Made by a program: the position numbers and the translations under genes. A stretch of DNA of 57,298 nt, the filler included, from Diploschistes diacapsis (taxonomy: Eukaryota): NCBI GenBank assembly GCA_023645945.1. It is 4 parts of 4 records of this genome, joined end to end, with 100 filler letters (N's around TTAATTAATTAA, not from the genome) between each part and the next. Parts side by side here need not be neighbours in the genome. Positions count along the whole stretch, not along the records: positions 25,671 to 57,298 come from JALAIB010000115.1; 3 more parts are not named here. One strand, written 5' to 3'. How positions within the stretch are numbered: position 1 is the first letter of the stretch; each line of letters starts with the position of its first letter. Under the pieces are notes generated by a model, which made no database searches, was not told the origin of the DNA, and saw nothing but the letters and a program-made list of their open reading frames with translations. Shown piece after piece: positions 37,424-52,162 of the stretch.

Positions 37424-37835
37424 ACGGTATTGGTGTTGGTATAATACCGGGTCATACCGCAATGACTGACCTATTTATTATTTCTTGAGTGCCTGCTTGA
37501 GAGGATGGGCCGATATATCCGATTGTTGTTTATCCACCATCCCAAAGCAGCCAGAATTATCCCCCTTTCCTTACTTCTACTTCCTACTACAGCCCAACTG
37601 TTAGATTGCCCCACATACTTTGGCCTTAGCCCCACAGAAACTAGCCCATTCGTGCTAATAATTGGACGCACCAGGTGGTTGTAGACCAGGGTCGGTGTTA
37701 GAGCAAAGATTTCGAGGTGGATTGATTCAATGCAAAGACTGATCAGTAGACACAGATTCTTCCGAGTACAGTAAGTAGTAATATAGTACAGTATTGTTTT
37801 CGATTGTGATCCGGGCGCACACCAATCAATTTCTG

Positions 37836-37860
37836 AACAACAACAACAACAACAACAACA
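37836..37860. repeat. (AAC)8 microsatellite
   Basis: Direct reading. Confidence 0.85.
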
Positions 37861-38461
37861 CAACTGAGGTATTTATCTTACTGGTGCGGTCGGACGCAAG
37901 CAAAGCAACTCGATCTTCTTTCCAAACCCCCGAACCTTTTAGCTATCCTTCTCGCCCACCGTTTTGCTGTTTGCTGTCTTCACTGCCAGTCTACCTACCA
38001 CCTTCTCCCCTCGATATTCGTTCGCCGTGGCCAAGACGACCTCGAAAATGAAAATGGCCCTATGAATGCAGCCTCAACCCCGCAATCAACCCCACGCTTG
38101 CTTCTTCGCCGTGCATGAAAATCACTCAGGGGACGGTGCGAGTCTCATGCAGATATAACAAACACCGAACCCCAAACGAATCATGGTAGCAATAATAACA
38201 ATAATAATCATAGCACGAGGAAGAGCAGGGTAAAAAAAACCAGGTACGGTGCATGGCTTGAACCAAATTGCATTGCTCCGATTATCCGATTATCTGATTG
38301 TCGTTGTTATTACTATTACTACTGTGCTTTTTATGTTTTTGTTCGACCCATCTATCTACGCCTATTAATAAATAAATAATAAATAACTTGCCGTTCCTTC
38401 CACCACCACTGCCGAAAGCCTTCCAGTTGTCAGTCGTGTCCGTCCGACAGACCACCAAAAT

Positions 38462-40427
38462 ATGCCGAGCGCTACCACCACGCCATCAATAAGTCGGTCG
38501 TCCACGGCCACCGCCTTCCTTGCAGACGTTATTCGCGAAGATGACGAAATCTCGTCAAACTCAGAAGAACCCCCAGAAGCCATCACGCCCACCTCCGATA
38601 CCCATCCCCTCTCAGAGCCTCAGATTCTGTCTGCATCGGCTCCCACCAAACCTCGAGATTTCACTGCGCCTAACAAACCACTTCCAGCAGCAGCTGCTCC
38701 CATATTATTATCCTCGCCCCAGAAGTCCCGCTTTCAGCCTCCGAAAAGATCAATGACCAGCACGATCCGAAACGTCTTTCGACGATCCAATTCTCACTCC
38801 CATGACTTGCCCAACTTTAGCTCCTCGAACATGACTGGCTCGTCGGCCGCAATTCCTCCCCCTAATAATCCGACGGCCGGCCGCAAACCGTCCATGTCAG
38901 TGTCGGCTAACAATTCGCCATTTCCCTCGCCGTCAGCCACACCTGCGTCGAGCGGGTCCCCGTCGAGCACCGTCAATAGCAACAGCGATTACTTGGGGGA
39001 CCCAGGACGAGACAAGATTACCTCGGACAAGAGGGCAAGCACCGGATTCACTATCAAGTCGAAACCGAAGATCACCTTCAACGCCCCCTTGCATCATGAT
39101 CGCCAGAAATCTCGAAACATAACCAATGGGGACGGCATCAGCGAGCTCGGGTCGCCAGATCTTTTCCCATGTCCTGCCGAGACGGGTGCTGGGCTGAAAG
39201 CTCGTCGCATGAGTGTGAACCTTCCGGATGACTTCGTTGTTGATAGCGTCGAACTGGACCGGGAGTTTCAATCGGCCAGCAAGCTCCCAGGGAAGCGTGG
39301 CAAATTCATTGGCAAGGGCGCAACCTCGACGGTGCAGCTGATGACGCGTAGGGGCCACGGGGATGAAATCTACGCCGTCAAGGAATTCCGAAAGAGGGGA
39401 CAGAACGAGGACGCCGGGGAGTACGACAAAAAGGTCAAGTCCGAGTACACCATCGCTCACTCCTTGCATCATCCAAACGTTGTCGAGAGCGTCAGGCTAT
39501 GCACCCACGGAGGGCGTTGGAATGTGGTCATGGAATACTGTTCTCAAGGGGAGCTCTACTCGCTTGTCCAGAAAAAGTATTTCCAGCTCGAGGACAGTCT
39601 GTGTCTCTGGAAGCAATTGCTACGAGGCGTCGCATACCTGCACCGTCATGGTATCGCTCATCGAGACATCAAACTTGAAAACCTTCTGCTGACGGACGGC
39701 GGCAAGCTGAAAATCACGGATTTTGGAGTCTCGGAAGTCTTCTCCGGCGAACATCCCGGTCTCCGAGCGGCTGGAGGCGAATGTGGCAAGAACATGAAGG
39801 AGATCCGGACATGTGCACCAGGCATCTGTGGAAGTTTGCCGTACATCGCTCCGGAGGTTCTTGAGAAGAAGGGTAAGTGGGGTCGATCGTGATAGCGGTG
39901 CATTCTTGACTAAAAACTTACGTGCAGGCGAATACGACCCTCGACCGCTCGACGTCTGGTCCACCGCCATCGTCCTGATCTCCCTGATATTCGCTGGTCA
40001 ACCCTGGGCACAAGCCTCCTTGGAACAACCCACGTACGCGAAGTTCCATGCCGCTTATTCCAAGTTCTTGACCGAACATCCGGACGGCTCGTCGAACGAG
40101 TTGGAGAAATTGAATTGCGGACAAATCTTCCAGCTGCTCCCGAAGCCCGCCATTAGAGTCATCCTTCTGAGGATGCTCCATCCAAATCCCGAAGGACGAG
40201 CCACCATCCACGATATCCTTGGTGACAGGTGGATCAAGACCATTGAATGCTGTTCCACGGAGACCGAGGAAGAAATGCTCAGGCTGACCAGGACGAAAAG
40301 CGGAAAGTTCGACGCCGGGAAAGGCTGCGCTGGAGGCCTGAAGGTGCAGAAACAACATAACCACCTGCCGCCGAAGCCCCACAGAATGCCACGGCATCGC
40401 TTTGACATGGGTGACGGATGGGCTTGA
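38462..40427 (+). CDS. HAL/NPR-family Ser/Thr kinase (Ptk2-like)
   Basis: Ser-rich N-terminus, IGKGATSTV, YAVKEF, KVKSEY, HRDIKLEN, DFGVSEVF, GICGSLPYIAPE, YDPRPLDVWS. Intron 39873-39927. Confidence 0.88.
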
Positions 40428-41614
40428 CCAGCCAACCCGCTTGGCCTACCGAACACGGGCGGGCGTCTGTCGGGAGTCGCGTCTAGTGATAAAATGTTCT
40501 ATCGCAAGAGGAGTTATATTGTGGCGCAGAGTGCATTTCTCTCTGCCGCCATGTCGGTAATAGTATTTACTTTCTTCAATTGCTTTTGAGTTACGTCACA
40601 GCGCGAAACGGCGTTTTTCCCAACATGGCCGAGTACGTTCTACTCGGTCGAATTGAGGTTGCGATTTTGTTCGATAGACTCCACGGTGTTGATGCAGTGG
40701 TCGACCATGAACATAACGAATTTGCTGCTTTTGCGGAATCTCAGAAACAGGTCAGGTCCGGCATTTCGGGGCGTCCGCTCGTCGAGCCTTCCTTAGCACT
40801 TCCTTGGTATTCCGCGGCATATCATTCAACGGCAGGTCCAGTTGGAGTCTCTACGCAGTTCCCGTCAGGTTTTGGATTGCACTGCCCAATGGGAGCATAT
40901 AGGCCTGCTTCATATTTTTGGATACGGAACGTGAGAAAGACGTCGTCCGGACAGTTGGATGCAGTCGTCTACTTGACGCACGGAACATTCAAGGACTCGA
41001 TTGACCGTTGGATGTACATAGAACGATTCGGTGGTGGTCATCGCACAACAGTGTCATAACGACCCATGAACTTTGTGGTTGAGGTGGTTATATGTTCCAT
41101 GCTGTAGATGACTGATGGATATCATGTTCATCACTTGGTTGAATCAATCGTACGAGTACTACTACACACATGATATTTCTGATACAAAGTAAATTGATCT
41201 TACCTCACTTCCGTACTGTACATCTTGGTAGAATATATTCCCCTTGCTGCCTGTAGTGTACTTGGAAACCTGGTTGATCATGCTAAGATAGTTTGATGCA
41301 ACCATCACAGAACGTGCTTCCTCTGCTTCCTCCTAATGGCTAACGTGGGTAGCTAGGGGCCGAAGTTGTGAGCTTCTCATGTGGCTGATAAGGTCTAGAA
41401 CAACAAAAGCTACCCGTGTGTATACGTACCCCCAAGATATGGGACGTTCTAAGTGCCGTTTTGGAAGATTGAGTGTGCAGGCGCAAGTAAACAAATCACC
41501 TTCAGTTGGGAACTGTTAAGTTTTAGGACTTGTCCTCCTAAATTTTCATGCACTGTTAAATAACTAAGCATGAGTCTTGTGTCCTAGAATCAATGGTTTG
41601 CTCCGCTCATAGTC

Positions 41615-43470
41615 ATGAAGGAAAGATTCGATATCCGAGACCCGCAACACTGGGGGCGACCGCCCCATTTTCCAGGTCAAAGACAAAGCCCTCCTCCACC
41701 CTACCTCCATCAACAGCCTAATTCTTCCTCATCCCGTCAATCAATCTCACTTGCCAACTACTTTATTCCCGAGAATGCCTTTCACAACGCGGCCGCTACG
41801 ATAAACAACGATGGATGTTCTCACCTCTGGCTGCATGATCAAAGCCGCCGGACCCGGGGGCCAACACCGCCGCCTCCATACAGTCAGCACGTCCGTGCTC
41901 CTTCAGAAATGCCTGCGCGATCATATACAGCAAGGGTATCATCACTAAGCCACCATAACGTACCACAATTTCGTTCCTTGGATCGTCGAAAAGAAGATTT
42001 GGAGGAAGGCGGCCATCTTGACGACTGTGCGTCGGACGAAGCTGATGAGATCAAGAACAAATACAATCATGACTCGGACTCGTTTGGATCCCACATACCT
42101 GAGGCCTCCTTCCCGAGCCCCAAAGGACCAACAACGCTTGTGGCCTATCCCTTTCCGGACGATCGGCCTGGTGGGTCAAATAGACCGTTGATCTCTTTCG
42201 TGAGGAATGACTGGCGGCACCGAGATCCTCGACACTCTCGATCGCCATCCCCGCCCGAGGACGACATCTGCCCCGCAGGCTGGAGCGAGATACTGTGCAG
42301 TCGTGCATTCAAGCGCTGGATGGTCGTCTACATCGTGCTTATGATAGCTGTCTGGATCTGGTGGTTTGGCTACTACGGCCCGAAATATGTTGAGGATAGC
42401 TTTGTAAGAGACAGTCTGAGCGCGAGGCTGAAGAGCAAAAATGGACACTTCGGAATGAATAGGGGGGTATCGTTCACGGGATTGAGACCACTGCAACAGC
42501 TGGACAGGAAGTTGGTGCCGGGGAGTGAGGTTGAAGGTGCCAAGAAGAGAAGGCTCATCATCGTCGGCGATATTCATGGTTGCGTTGAAGAGCGTAAGTG
42601 TACACCATTTTTGTCTTTCGACATGAAAAAGCCTTGCATACTCATGAAGACGCAGTTAACTCTTTACTTGACCATACCAAGTTCGATGCTAGTAGGGATC
42701 ATCTTATCACAACGGGCGACTGCATCGCCAAGGGGCCTGACTCCGCTGCTGTGCTCGATTTGCTGCTTCTTCACAATGCCAGCTCCGTGCGCGGTAACCA
42801 CGAGGATAGGATCCTACATGCTTATCGCGATCACCGTGCCCCATCTCATCAGAAGTTCGTCTCCAGCTCCAACCCGTCCTCTGCGCCAGGGCCCATAACA
42901 CTGAAGCACGGCGCCACTGATGACCTTGAGCTTGCCGCCTCCCTCACCGATGACCAGGTCGAATACCTTGGTCGTTGGCCTCTCATTCTTTCTCTCGGAC
43001 CCGTTCTCGGCATGGGCAACGTGTCGGTCGTGCATGCCGGACTCACACCCGGCGTGCCGTTACTACGTCAGGATCCCTTGTCGGCCATGAACATGCGCTC
43101 GATGGACCTTCGCAATCACATCCCATCGCCGCGACATGCCCCCGTTCTCGGTGTCGACAAGAAACGCTTGGAAGACTACGATGGGAACAGTCGCCTGGCT
43201 ATCAAGCCTTGGACCGTCCTTTGGGATGCATGGCAGGAGATGCAGCCAAAGAGCGCACGGGAGACTGTGATTTATGGGCACGATGCGAAGAAAGGCGTTG
43301 TGCAGGGACCCTGGAGCATGGGTTTGGATGGCGGCTGCGTCCTGGGGGGGAAGCTAGCGGCGCTGGTAATTGAGGAGGTAGGCAGGAGGGACGTGAGGAA
43401 GGAGGTCGTTACCGTGCCATGTAAGAACTATACGGCTCAGAAGGTCTTGAGACCGTTGGGAGAGAATTGA
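41615..43470 (+). CDS. Membrane-anchored calcineurin-like metallophosphatase (Ppn2/YNL217W-like)
   Basis: TM segment WMVVYIVLMIAVWIWWF, then GDIHGC, GDCIAKGPDS, RGNHED, VHAG, YGHDA, LDGGC. Intron 42594-42655. The true start may be a downstream ATG near 41909. Confidence 0.85.
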
Positions 43471-44036
43471 GGAAGGGGTTAATAGATGTATGGTGGTGTT
43501 TTCTGTTTGCAGGTATCACACCTTCTAAACGATTTGAGCATGCCGACCTCGAAACTTGTATATATGGAGCGGGGTGTATTGAATTTTACCCTATCCATAC
43601 TTAATCAACATTCTTTGTTAATTCAATGGTTTTCTCAGCCTCTCAGTTTCGACTTCAACGATCGAGGTTCAAAATAAATTGCAATCATGACAAGGCCCGA
43701 GACCTTTTTCTTTCGATATGACGTGTGGGCGGCGGCGCCAATTGATTATTATTATAGTTATACAACCTCGAATCAAAGCGGGTCTGAGCACACGAGTTTC
43801 TCCTGCGGCACCTACCGCTCGCTGCTTCCTCTCTCTCGAAGAACGGTCGGCATCTGTCTTGCAAGGCCGAAATGCTGTCCTCGTCCCATCGTAGACAGTC
43901 GACACGGCGGGGACCTTCTCAAGGCTCCAGCTCCACGAGCTTCAGCTACCCACGTTGAACTTCTCTGCTTTCCCTAGCAGTCATCACAATCAGAGAGGTC
44001 CATGATTAGCTTCTCGGTTATCATCTTTTCTTCAAC

Positions 44037-47000
44037 ATGTCCACGGCGAGACCAAGACGAAGCACATCTGCTGCGATACCCTACAACGAAGCTGAAACGG
44101 CGTCTCTACGAACGTCCCTGAACGAGCTTCGAGTCATCACCACAAGAAAAGAGATAAGCCTTGACCAAGACTCTGTACAACAATGTCTTCAGCTAGTGCA
44201 AAAGATTTGCGATTTCTTGGCTCAGATCAGCAAGCCGAACAAGTTCCAAGACGCGTTCCGCAACCTCGGCGGCTTTCAGAGAGTCCTGGAGCTCATACGC
44301 TACAGTTCGATGCTTCTTGAGCGTGCCGTAAGCAATCGGGATGATGCGCAGACGTCCCAAGTCCTTATCGAGAGTGCGCTGAGGCTTCTTCGGTCCTCGC
44401 TTGAAAACCACAGAGGTAATCGCCGGTATTTGCAACACAGGGCAGAAGCTGGTGGGTGGTTAACATTTCATCACGAACTGAAGGGATTTCTGCAAACATA
44501 TGACAGAGCAGGGGTCAGCAACCGCAATGTTCGTATAGAGCTCTTTGGCCAGCTACTCGCCTGCTCGGTCGAGGATGAAACCTTCAGTGACTTGTTTAGG
44601 AAGTTGGAAGAAGCTGGTGAAAAGCATGAGGCTATGTCTTCAGAACCGCGAGATGGCTCACATCTTGGGGCAGCAGAGGAGCTTGTTAAGTCAGCTGTAG
44701 GCACTCAAAGCTTCGTCTTTCACCCAGATGCACTTTTGATCCTGCTTGACCTATGGTCTGAGCAGCAATTGTCAGGACAAGTCTCTAGCGGAGCTTTGCA
44801 GCTTTTGCCCACCGTCCTGCGAGTCCTTGTAACTTCAAGAACTCACAACATGCTTGCGGCAAGCACAGCTGGTTTACTTACCAAGACCCTTCAATTGCTC
44901 AAAAGCACTTCCCTATCATCTTCCATACACGCCGAGTTACAGCAGTTATCTATTGCACTCTTGAACTTTGGTATTTCGAAACTTGATGATGCATTTCTAC
45001 TCTACGGGAACGCTGCCTCATCCTCTTCCATGGCAGACACGCTTGGTCAAGCCCTGAAAGACTCTAATGGATACCCCTTTATCCACTTTGATCTATCACT
45101 TCATGGTTTCTCTTCTGTAGAATTGCCAGATTTAGGCCGTACGTTCCCTCCTCCATCGTCTCAGAGCCCGGGCTATACGCTATCGTTATGGTTCCAGCTC
45201 ATTGAATTCGATGCCCTCTCTCATACAACCATCTTTGGCGCTTTTGATTCAACGCAGACCTGTTTCGTGCTTGTTTACTTGGAAAAAGACACCCATAATC
45301 TCATTCTGCAGACCTCTGTCACTTCTTCGAGACCGAGCGTCCGCTTCAAATCTTTTGAGTTTGAGCTTGGGAAATGGTACCATGTTTGCATCGTGCACCG
45401 GCGACCAGGAACGACGTCGTCTTCCAGAGCTTCGATCTTCGTTGATGGCGAGTTCGTTGAGCAGGTCAAGGCTCACTTCCCTTCGCCGCCTCCTCCTAAT
45501 GTCGATCCCGCTCAAGAGAATGGAGATGGCGCACCGCCGGGTCGAAAGCACGGTGCCGTCCAGTGCTTCTTGGGGACGCCGCAAGACTTGGCTCCAAAAT
45601 TAGGTCGTTGTGTTTCCACCTCACAGTGGAGGCTAGGCTTGGCGTGCTTGCTCAACGACGCGCTGAGTGATGACTTGATTGCCGTCCACCGTGAGCTTGG
45701 TCCTCGGTATTATGGTAATTTCCAGGACTGTCTTGGTTCTTTCCAGACGTATGAGGCCTCCGCAACCTTGAATCTACGCAACGAAACGCTGCACCACGGC
45801 AAAGAAGAAAAGTCCGTTATTGTAGCCGCGATCAGATCGAAAGCAGGTAATCTATTGCCTGAGTCGAGATTTCTGCTTAACATATCACCCGAAGCGGTTC
45901 TGAACGACTTGGACTACGCAAGCTCACATCAGACTCAGATGGTCAACGGGCTCTCCAAAAACGCAGCCAAGAATCTCCGGCATTGGGCTCGCAATGGCCG
46001 CCATTCCGTGGTTGTCAATGGTGCTATTCCGTCCATAAACAGAGCCCTTCTGAACGTTTGTGGAACATGTTTTTTGACGGGACAACCCGCCGTTTTGATG
46101 CCTCAAGCCCTGGATGACGCCACCTGGCGACTCGGTGGCTCCGCACCTGTCGGTCTTGCAATTCTAGAGGCTGCCGATAGCGATGAAAAGATCATCAGAG
46201 CCTTGGATATCCTTTTTGCTACCATACAGGGCAGCTGGCGCAATAGTGAGGCAATGGAACGAGAGAACGGATTTGGTGTACTTGCCGGTCTTCTGTCATC
46301 CAAATTAACGAGGATGAACGAGACACATAGCCTTCGAGTCCCCAGCTCGAATTCGAATGCCACCGAAGAAGACTCGCTGATGCTGATCGTTCTCGTGAAG
46401 ATACTTCGTTTTGTTGGGTATGATCCCGATTGCCCCGAGGACTCTGTCATCAACAACCCTTTGGCGTATCGGGTTTTGCTCGTTGACCTGGACGTTTGGA
46501 GAAGCGCCTCGCCAGAGGTACAAAGGCTTTACTACCAACAGTTCACCGTCTTCTCGATTGGCAGCAAGCACCATTTGTTCAATGCCCGAAGACTCGCAAG
46601 GATGCGTAAGTCTATGCAAAGAGCCTTGCATCTATTTTCTAGAACTGATCGTTGCAGGCATCACTAAGAAATGGCTTACTGTTCTTAAAGGGGATGTGTT
46701 CTACCCAGAAACGTTGGAGCACTTCTTGACTGCATTTCGATCACTGATAAACAACACGATGACGGCTGAAACTCACCGATCAATAGCCTTGCATATTACG
46801 TACTCGGTCCACAAAGCCAAGGAAAAGACTGGTGGACTACGTCCGATGAAATCCAACGCGAAGCAGCCTCCTCCAGCTTTTGGTGGAATTGCTCGCCGGT
46901 CAACTGCCCCTGTGTCATCCTCGGGAATGGAAGGAATAGGCTCATCTTCTGCCGAAGTCCTGAACTGCAGTGAGGTAGGCGTGAAGATGCTGGAGCTCTA

Positions 47001-50000
47001 CGCTGATATGCTATGCCAGCATGACACTGCAAACATCATGAAGTTCGCAAGGACTGTGACGAACAAGGTGCGCAGCGTTCTGTATTCTGGAATGTGAAGC
47101 TGACCTCTGAAGTGGCTTCTGTACCTGATCGCCGAAGATGAACCCACTGTGGTAGTTCTAGCTACCAAGATCCTAGCGCGGGTGTTGATAGTCAACGGTC
47201 AGCACTATGTTGAGAAGTTTTCAGACAAGACTGGTGGCTTCACCATCATGCAGCATCGTTTGAACAGGTGGTGGGACCAGCCAAAGCTTTGGGTCATTTG
47301 TTTTGCGATTCTCCTCGGCCGCGACGTTGCGCAACTTGACTTGAATGGGCCAATGAACCTGCACGCCTTGATGTCCAGCTCTCCTCCGACAGATATCAAG
47401 GTCGTTTACCCTCAGATTGTTACTGTATTGCTTGCCCTACTTCAGACAGGCCTCAAAGCACTTATTCAAAGCCAACCAGATCCAGCTTCTCCCCTCGCCA
47501 GAGACCCACGAAGCGCCAATAGCCCGACAAGCCCGTTGGGCGAACGCACGATGCGCAACAGAGCAGTATCTCTTCAGGCCGGGCCTCTTTCCCCAGCTGA
47601 ATTACGGATGAAAAATATTGCGGATCATCTGGACTCGCCAGTAGCGTCTGATACTCTACACTCTCAACCTTCTGGCGATGCAGCAACGACTATACAATCC
47701 GCGATAAGACTCTTTGCGGACTTGCACACAAATTCGCAGTCCTTTAAAGACTTTGCAGTCAACGCGACCTACGTGCAAGAGTTACTCTTCCTCCTGTTCC
47801 CCTTGACTGCCAGCTCTGATGTAGTCAGCCCAGAGACGGAACTCAGTTCCAAGAACTCGGTATTGACCTTCGAGGGTCAAGATGTCTTTATCAGATCAGT
47901 CTCTCGGAACTCGCACAGAGCCTCGCCCATCGTTCGAACGAAGTCTGTTGAAGGCACACCGAGTCCGGAAACATCCAAGGCGAAACCGCTGAAAAGAGGC
48001 TCGTCCTACGTTCTCATCACCTCCGAAGAGCCGCAATATCGCCCGTCAACTGCAAGACTGGAGCCGATTGCCTCTCCAAAGAAAAATCGAGTTGGATCCA
48101 CGGTGAGCATCAGCCACAGGCTGCTCGAGAATATCCTGGAGATTATTGTTGCGGTACTTGTTGACCAAATTCTCGCTCGAAAGGACTTCGTGGGCATTGG
48201 GCTATTCATGAAGGTGCCACCAGGTTTTCAAGAACATCAAGCCTACTTCCAATCCTTTGTTCTCCGAAACACGATAATCAATCTAGAGAATACGATCAAA
48301 CTAAATCAGAAGCTTCTATTAGAGCCGAAGGTCCTGACGAATCTTCAAAAATTTTGTACCCATCTGGATGAGGCGGTGTTCGAAGGCTGGTTCATGGACG
48401 GTGCGCAGATCGTTATGGATTTCCTCGGCGAACTTCTAGAGTATTTGCAGCGGCCAGACATCAAGCAACTCAAGACTGTAAGGCTCTGCAGCGAGGTCAT
48501 TTCCTCGATGAGAACTATCATCTCCAGAGTCTCGCTCCTCCGGTTATCCGAGCCTGACGAGTCTCATGAAGAAGCCACAACGGTTGCCCTGTTGAATCGG
48601 CTCGCATACTGGCAGACCGTACTATTCACCCCCGAATCTGCTCAAGACGATTTTTTGAAACTTTTCTGTTATCTACTCTATATCAAACTTATCAGTGATC
48701 ACCAAGCGGTCAGAGAGGTAGCAGCGAACTTGTGGCGGACCCTCCTGGTGCAGAAATCCGAAGAGGCTTACGGGTTTTTGCATCGTGTTACAAGTTCGAA
48801 TGAAAACCAAATTTCCGAAGGATTTCGAAAGATACTTGAAGTGGACAACGAAGTATTTCTGGGTTGGGTTGACGAGCATCGATCGGACCTTGACCCGATC
48901 TTTATTGGGGGACTCACTGGTGCATGGGAGTCATTCACGGCTGTTGAAAACCGCTCAACAGAAGACAACTACAAATCGCGGATTGCCAAAAGGCGGGAGA
49001 AGCTTAGAGCGTGGGCAAAAGAAGACTTGGTTCGAGATGATATCCTCCGGCGGCATGCGATCAGCGCGGAGCACTGGAAGGCCAACATATATACTTCGGA
49101 GCATCTGAAGCGACAGAGAGCGTTGCAAGATCAACAAGACGGCATAGCATTTAACATGGCTTACTGGGCTAATCTAGTCAGACAAATGCGACGTCCCTTT
49201 GGCTTCCTCGATAGGAACGAAACGCCAAAATGGCAGCTTGACATGACTGAAGGCCGTAACAGGATGCGACTAAGAATGATACCGGATCAAGAGGCAAACG
49301 TCCACAACTACAAACCAAAGCGTTCGGCTCCAAAAGCTCCAAAAGGTTTGGAAATTAGACCCAAGGTATCCAACGGAGACAGCTCTCTCGCTCCTTCGCC
49401 AGTGTCGGAGAGCTTTAGAAGCCAAGATGACAAGCCGCTTGAGGTCCCACCTGGACCGATAAACCAAGGGCCAGAAGAGGCAGACGCAGAAGATGACTTT
49501 GAGATCGTGGAGGAACCGGCTTCTGAGAACTTCGAAGACAAGAACAGGAAAGTCATGCGAAGCCTACAGCGTGGTGACCAGGTCGAACACGTTCAAAACG
49601 TTTCTCGTATAATAGGATTGGAAGCTTGTGAGAGCCTTCTGATAGTAGGAAAAAGCGCTTTCTATTTGATCGACTCTTATTTCCAACGCTCCGACGGAGA
49701 GATCGTCGATGTCTGGCAAGCGCCAGCCGATGAGCGTGACAGCTATATGCAGATGATTGCTGGGAGACAAGCCGGTACCGGTACAGCGAAACAGGCCGAG
49801 GGCAATCACAAGACACGCAGCTGGCAGTGGCAGCATGTCCTTAGCATCTCGAGACGAAGGTTCCTATTTCGCGACGTTGCTATTGAGATATTTTTTCTCG
49901 ACGGTCGAAGCTACTTGCTGACTGTATCGGAACCTGGGCTACGCGATGTACTCTACAAGAGATTGCTAAGCAAGGCTCACAACTCGAACGGTTCAGCTTT

Positions 50001-52162
50001 AACAACCCCAGAGGACCTTTGGCGCGTCGAATCTCTCCGAAGCGCTGAGGACAACCCTCAGAGTCTGGGATCACGGTTCACAAATGTGTTCACCCAAGGC
50101 ACTGCCAATCCGGCTACGAAGAAATGGGTGAAGGGCGAGATCTCTAATTTCCAATACCTCATGCTCGTCAACACGATGGCTGGTCGGACCTTTAACGATC
50201 TTACTCAATATCCGGTATTCCCTTGGGTGCTGGCTGATTATACAAGCGAGAAGCTGGACCTGACCAATCCGCGCAGCTTCAGAGATCTAACCAAGCCTAT
50301 GGGCGCACAGAATCCCGATCGGCAAACGGAGTTTAGGGATCGTTACCAGTCGTTCGCGGAAATGGGAGATCACAACGCTCCTCCCTTCCACTACGGCACG
50401 CACTACTCATCAGCCATGATTGTCACTGGCTATCTGATACGAGTACAGCCGTTCATCCAATCTTATCTTCTACTGCAGGGTGGTAGCTTCGATCACCCGG
50501 ATAGACTGTTCTACTCGATCGAGAAAGCCTGGACCTCCGCGTCTCGGGACCACATGACGGATGTGCGGGAGTTGGTTCCTGAGTTCTTTTATCTTCCTGA
50601 GATGTTCGTCAATGGGAACGGTTACGACTTTGGGATGCGTCAGGGCAAAGGCGGGCCTATTGACAACGTAGCATTACCATCATGGGCTAAAGGAGACCCC
50701 AAGGTCTTCGTCGCTAAGCACAGGGAGGCATTAGAGAGCGACTACGTTACCCGGCACCTTCACCAATGGATCGATCTTGTATTTGGCCACAAGCAAAGAG
50801 GCGAAGCTGCGTTGGAAGCCACCAACGTATTCCATCATCTATCCTACAGAGGGGCCAGAAATCTTGACGAGATTACGGACCCAGTCGAGAGGCTCGCCAC
50901 GATCGGCATCATCCACAACTTTGGTCAGACGCCACATCAAGTATTTCAGCGACCGCATCCCGCAAGGGAGCCCAGCAGAGGGAGCCCAAAAAGGCTCGAT
51001 CTATTGGCGGAGACGTTGACTCGTGTGCCATCACACCTCCTCGGTAAGAAAAGTGAGACTAAGCTACCAATTAATACTCACCAAGGAACAGATACGAAAG
51101 AGCGCATCGCAACGCTTGTCTATTCTGAAAGAGGCGAGCGCTTGTTATGCTCGGGGCCTTTGCGGCTCAACGTACCGCCGACTTACGATAAATACATGGA
51201 ATGGGGCTTTGTAGACGGCAGCTTGAGATTCTATCAGATCGACAACAACAAGGTATGGGCCGCAGCATTTCCCGAGATTCTCTGCTTACGTACTTAGCTG
51301 GTGGGTCTCTTCGAGCACGTTCATCAAAGTCAACTGTCCACCGCAACCTTTGCAGACTCGAATACTCTCATCACAGCCGGGATGGATTGTGTGGTTTCGG
51401 TATGGACCGTGGCCTGCAGCGCGAAGGCTGTCGATCTCCTTCCCAAGGGCTCCTTGTTTGGCCACCGTGCTCCGATCACTATTCTTGCGGTATCCAAATC
51501 GTTCAGCACTCTGCTCTCCGCCTCCTCGGACGGCGTGGTCCTGCTATGGGACCTCAATCGTTTGGAGCTGATTCGAGTTGTTGCGGAGGGGGCTCCGGTA
51601 GAAGTAAGCACCCGAGCTCTTCCTCGACGCTTTGACTTGTTCTAACGGCTCACAGTGTGCTTGTATCAACGATGTGACGGGGAATATTCTGCTCTGCAGA
51701 GGCCAAGATGCAGCACTATATACCCTCAACGGCGAACTCCTGGTCGAACAGCATGCCTGCGCCGAGGGTGACGAAGTCGTAGCATGCTGTGCATTGTTTG
51801 AGGGCTCCGGAAACGAATATCTTGCTCGTAATTTGATTTTCACGGGCCACAGGCACGGGGTCATAAATGTAAGTTTTCTGCTGCACTTGCTCCACGCTGT
51901 GCCTACTCTGATGCACTGTAGATTTGGAATGTAAGGATTCAAGACGCTAGATTCACGCTGGAGCATGTGAAGAGGATGAACCATATCGATACGTCGAGCT
52001 TCAACATTAGCTCCACAATCACCGCGATTCTTCCAACGGCGCAAGTGGTTTATACGGCCGACGAGGATGGGAGGGTGGTGAGCAACCTATCCTATCCTTA
52101 CCCTGATATGGAAGAGCTGACTCGACCCCCAGTACGAGTGGGACTGTATACAACGGCAATAG
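44037..52162 (+). CDS. BPH1: BEACH/beige-domain protein (ConA-like, PH, BEACH, WD40)
   Basis: GEISNFQYLMLVNTMAGRTFNDLTQYPVFPWV, FHYGTHYSS, ELVPEFFY, LHQWIDLVFG, NFGQTPHQVF and WD repeats. Introns 46606-46657, 47068-47112, 51044-51091, 51253-51297, 51604-51655, 51869-51921, 52078-52132. Confidence 0.92.

Noticed and set aside
40580..41059. 159-aa ORF after the HAL kinase
   Set aside because: Non-ATG start and no recognisable domain. Overlaps the likely 3' UTR.
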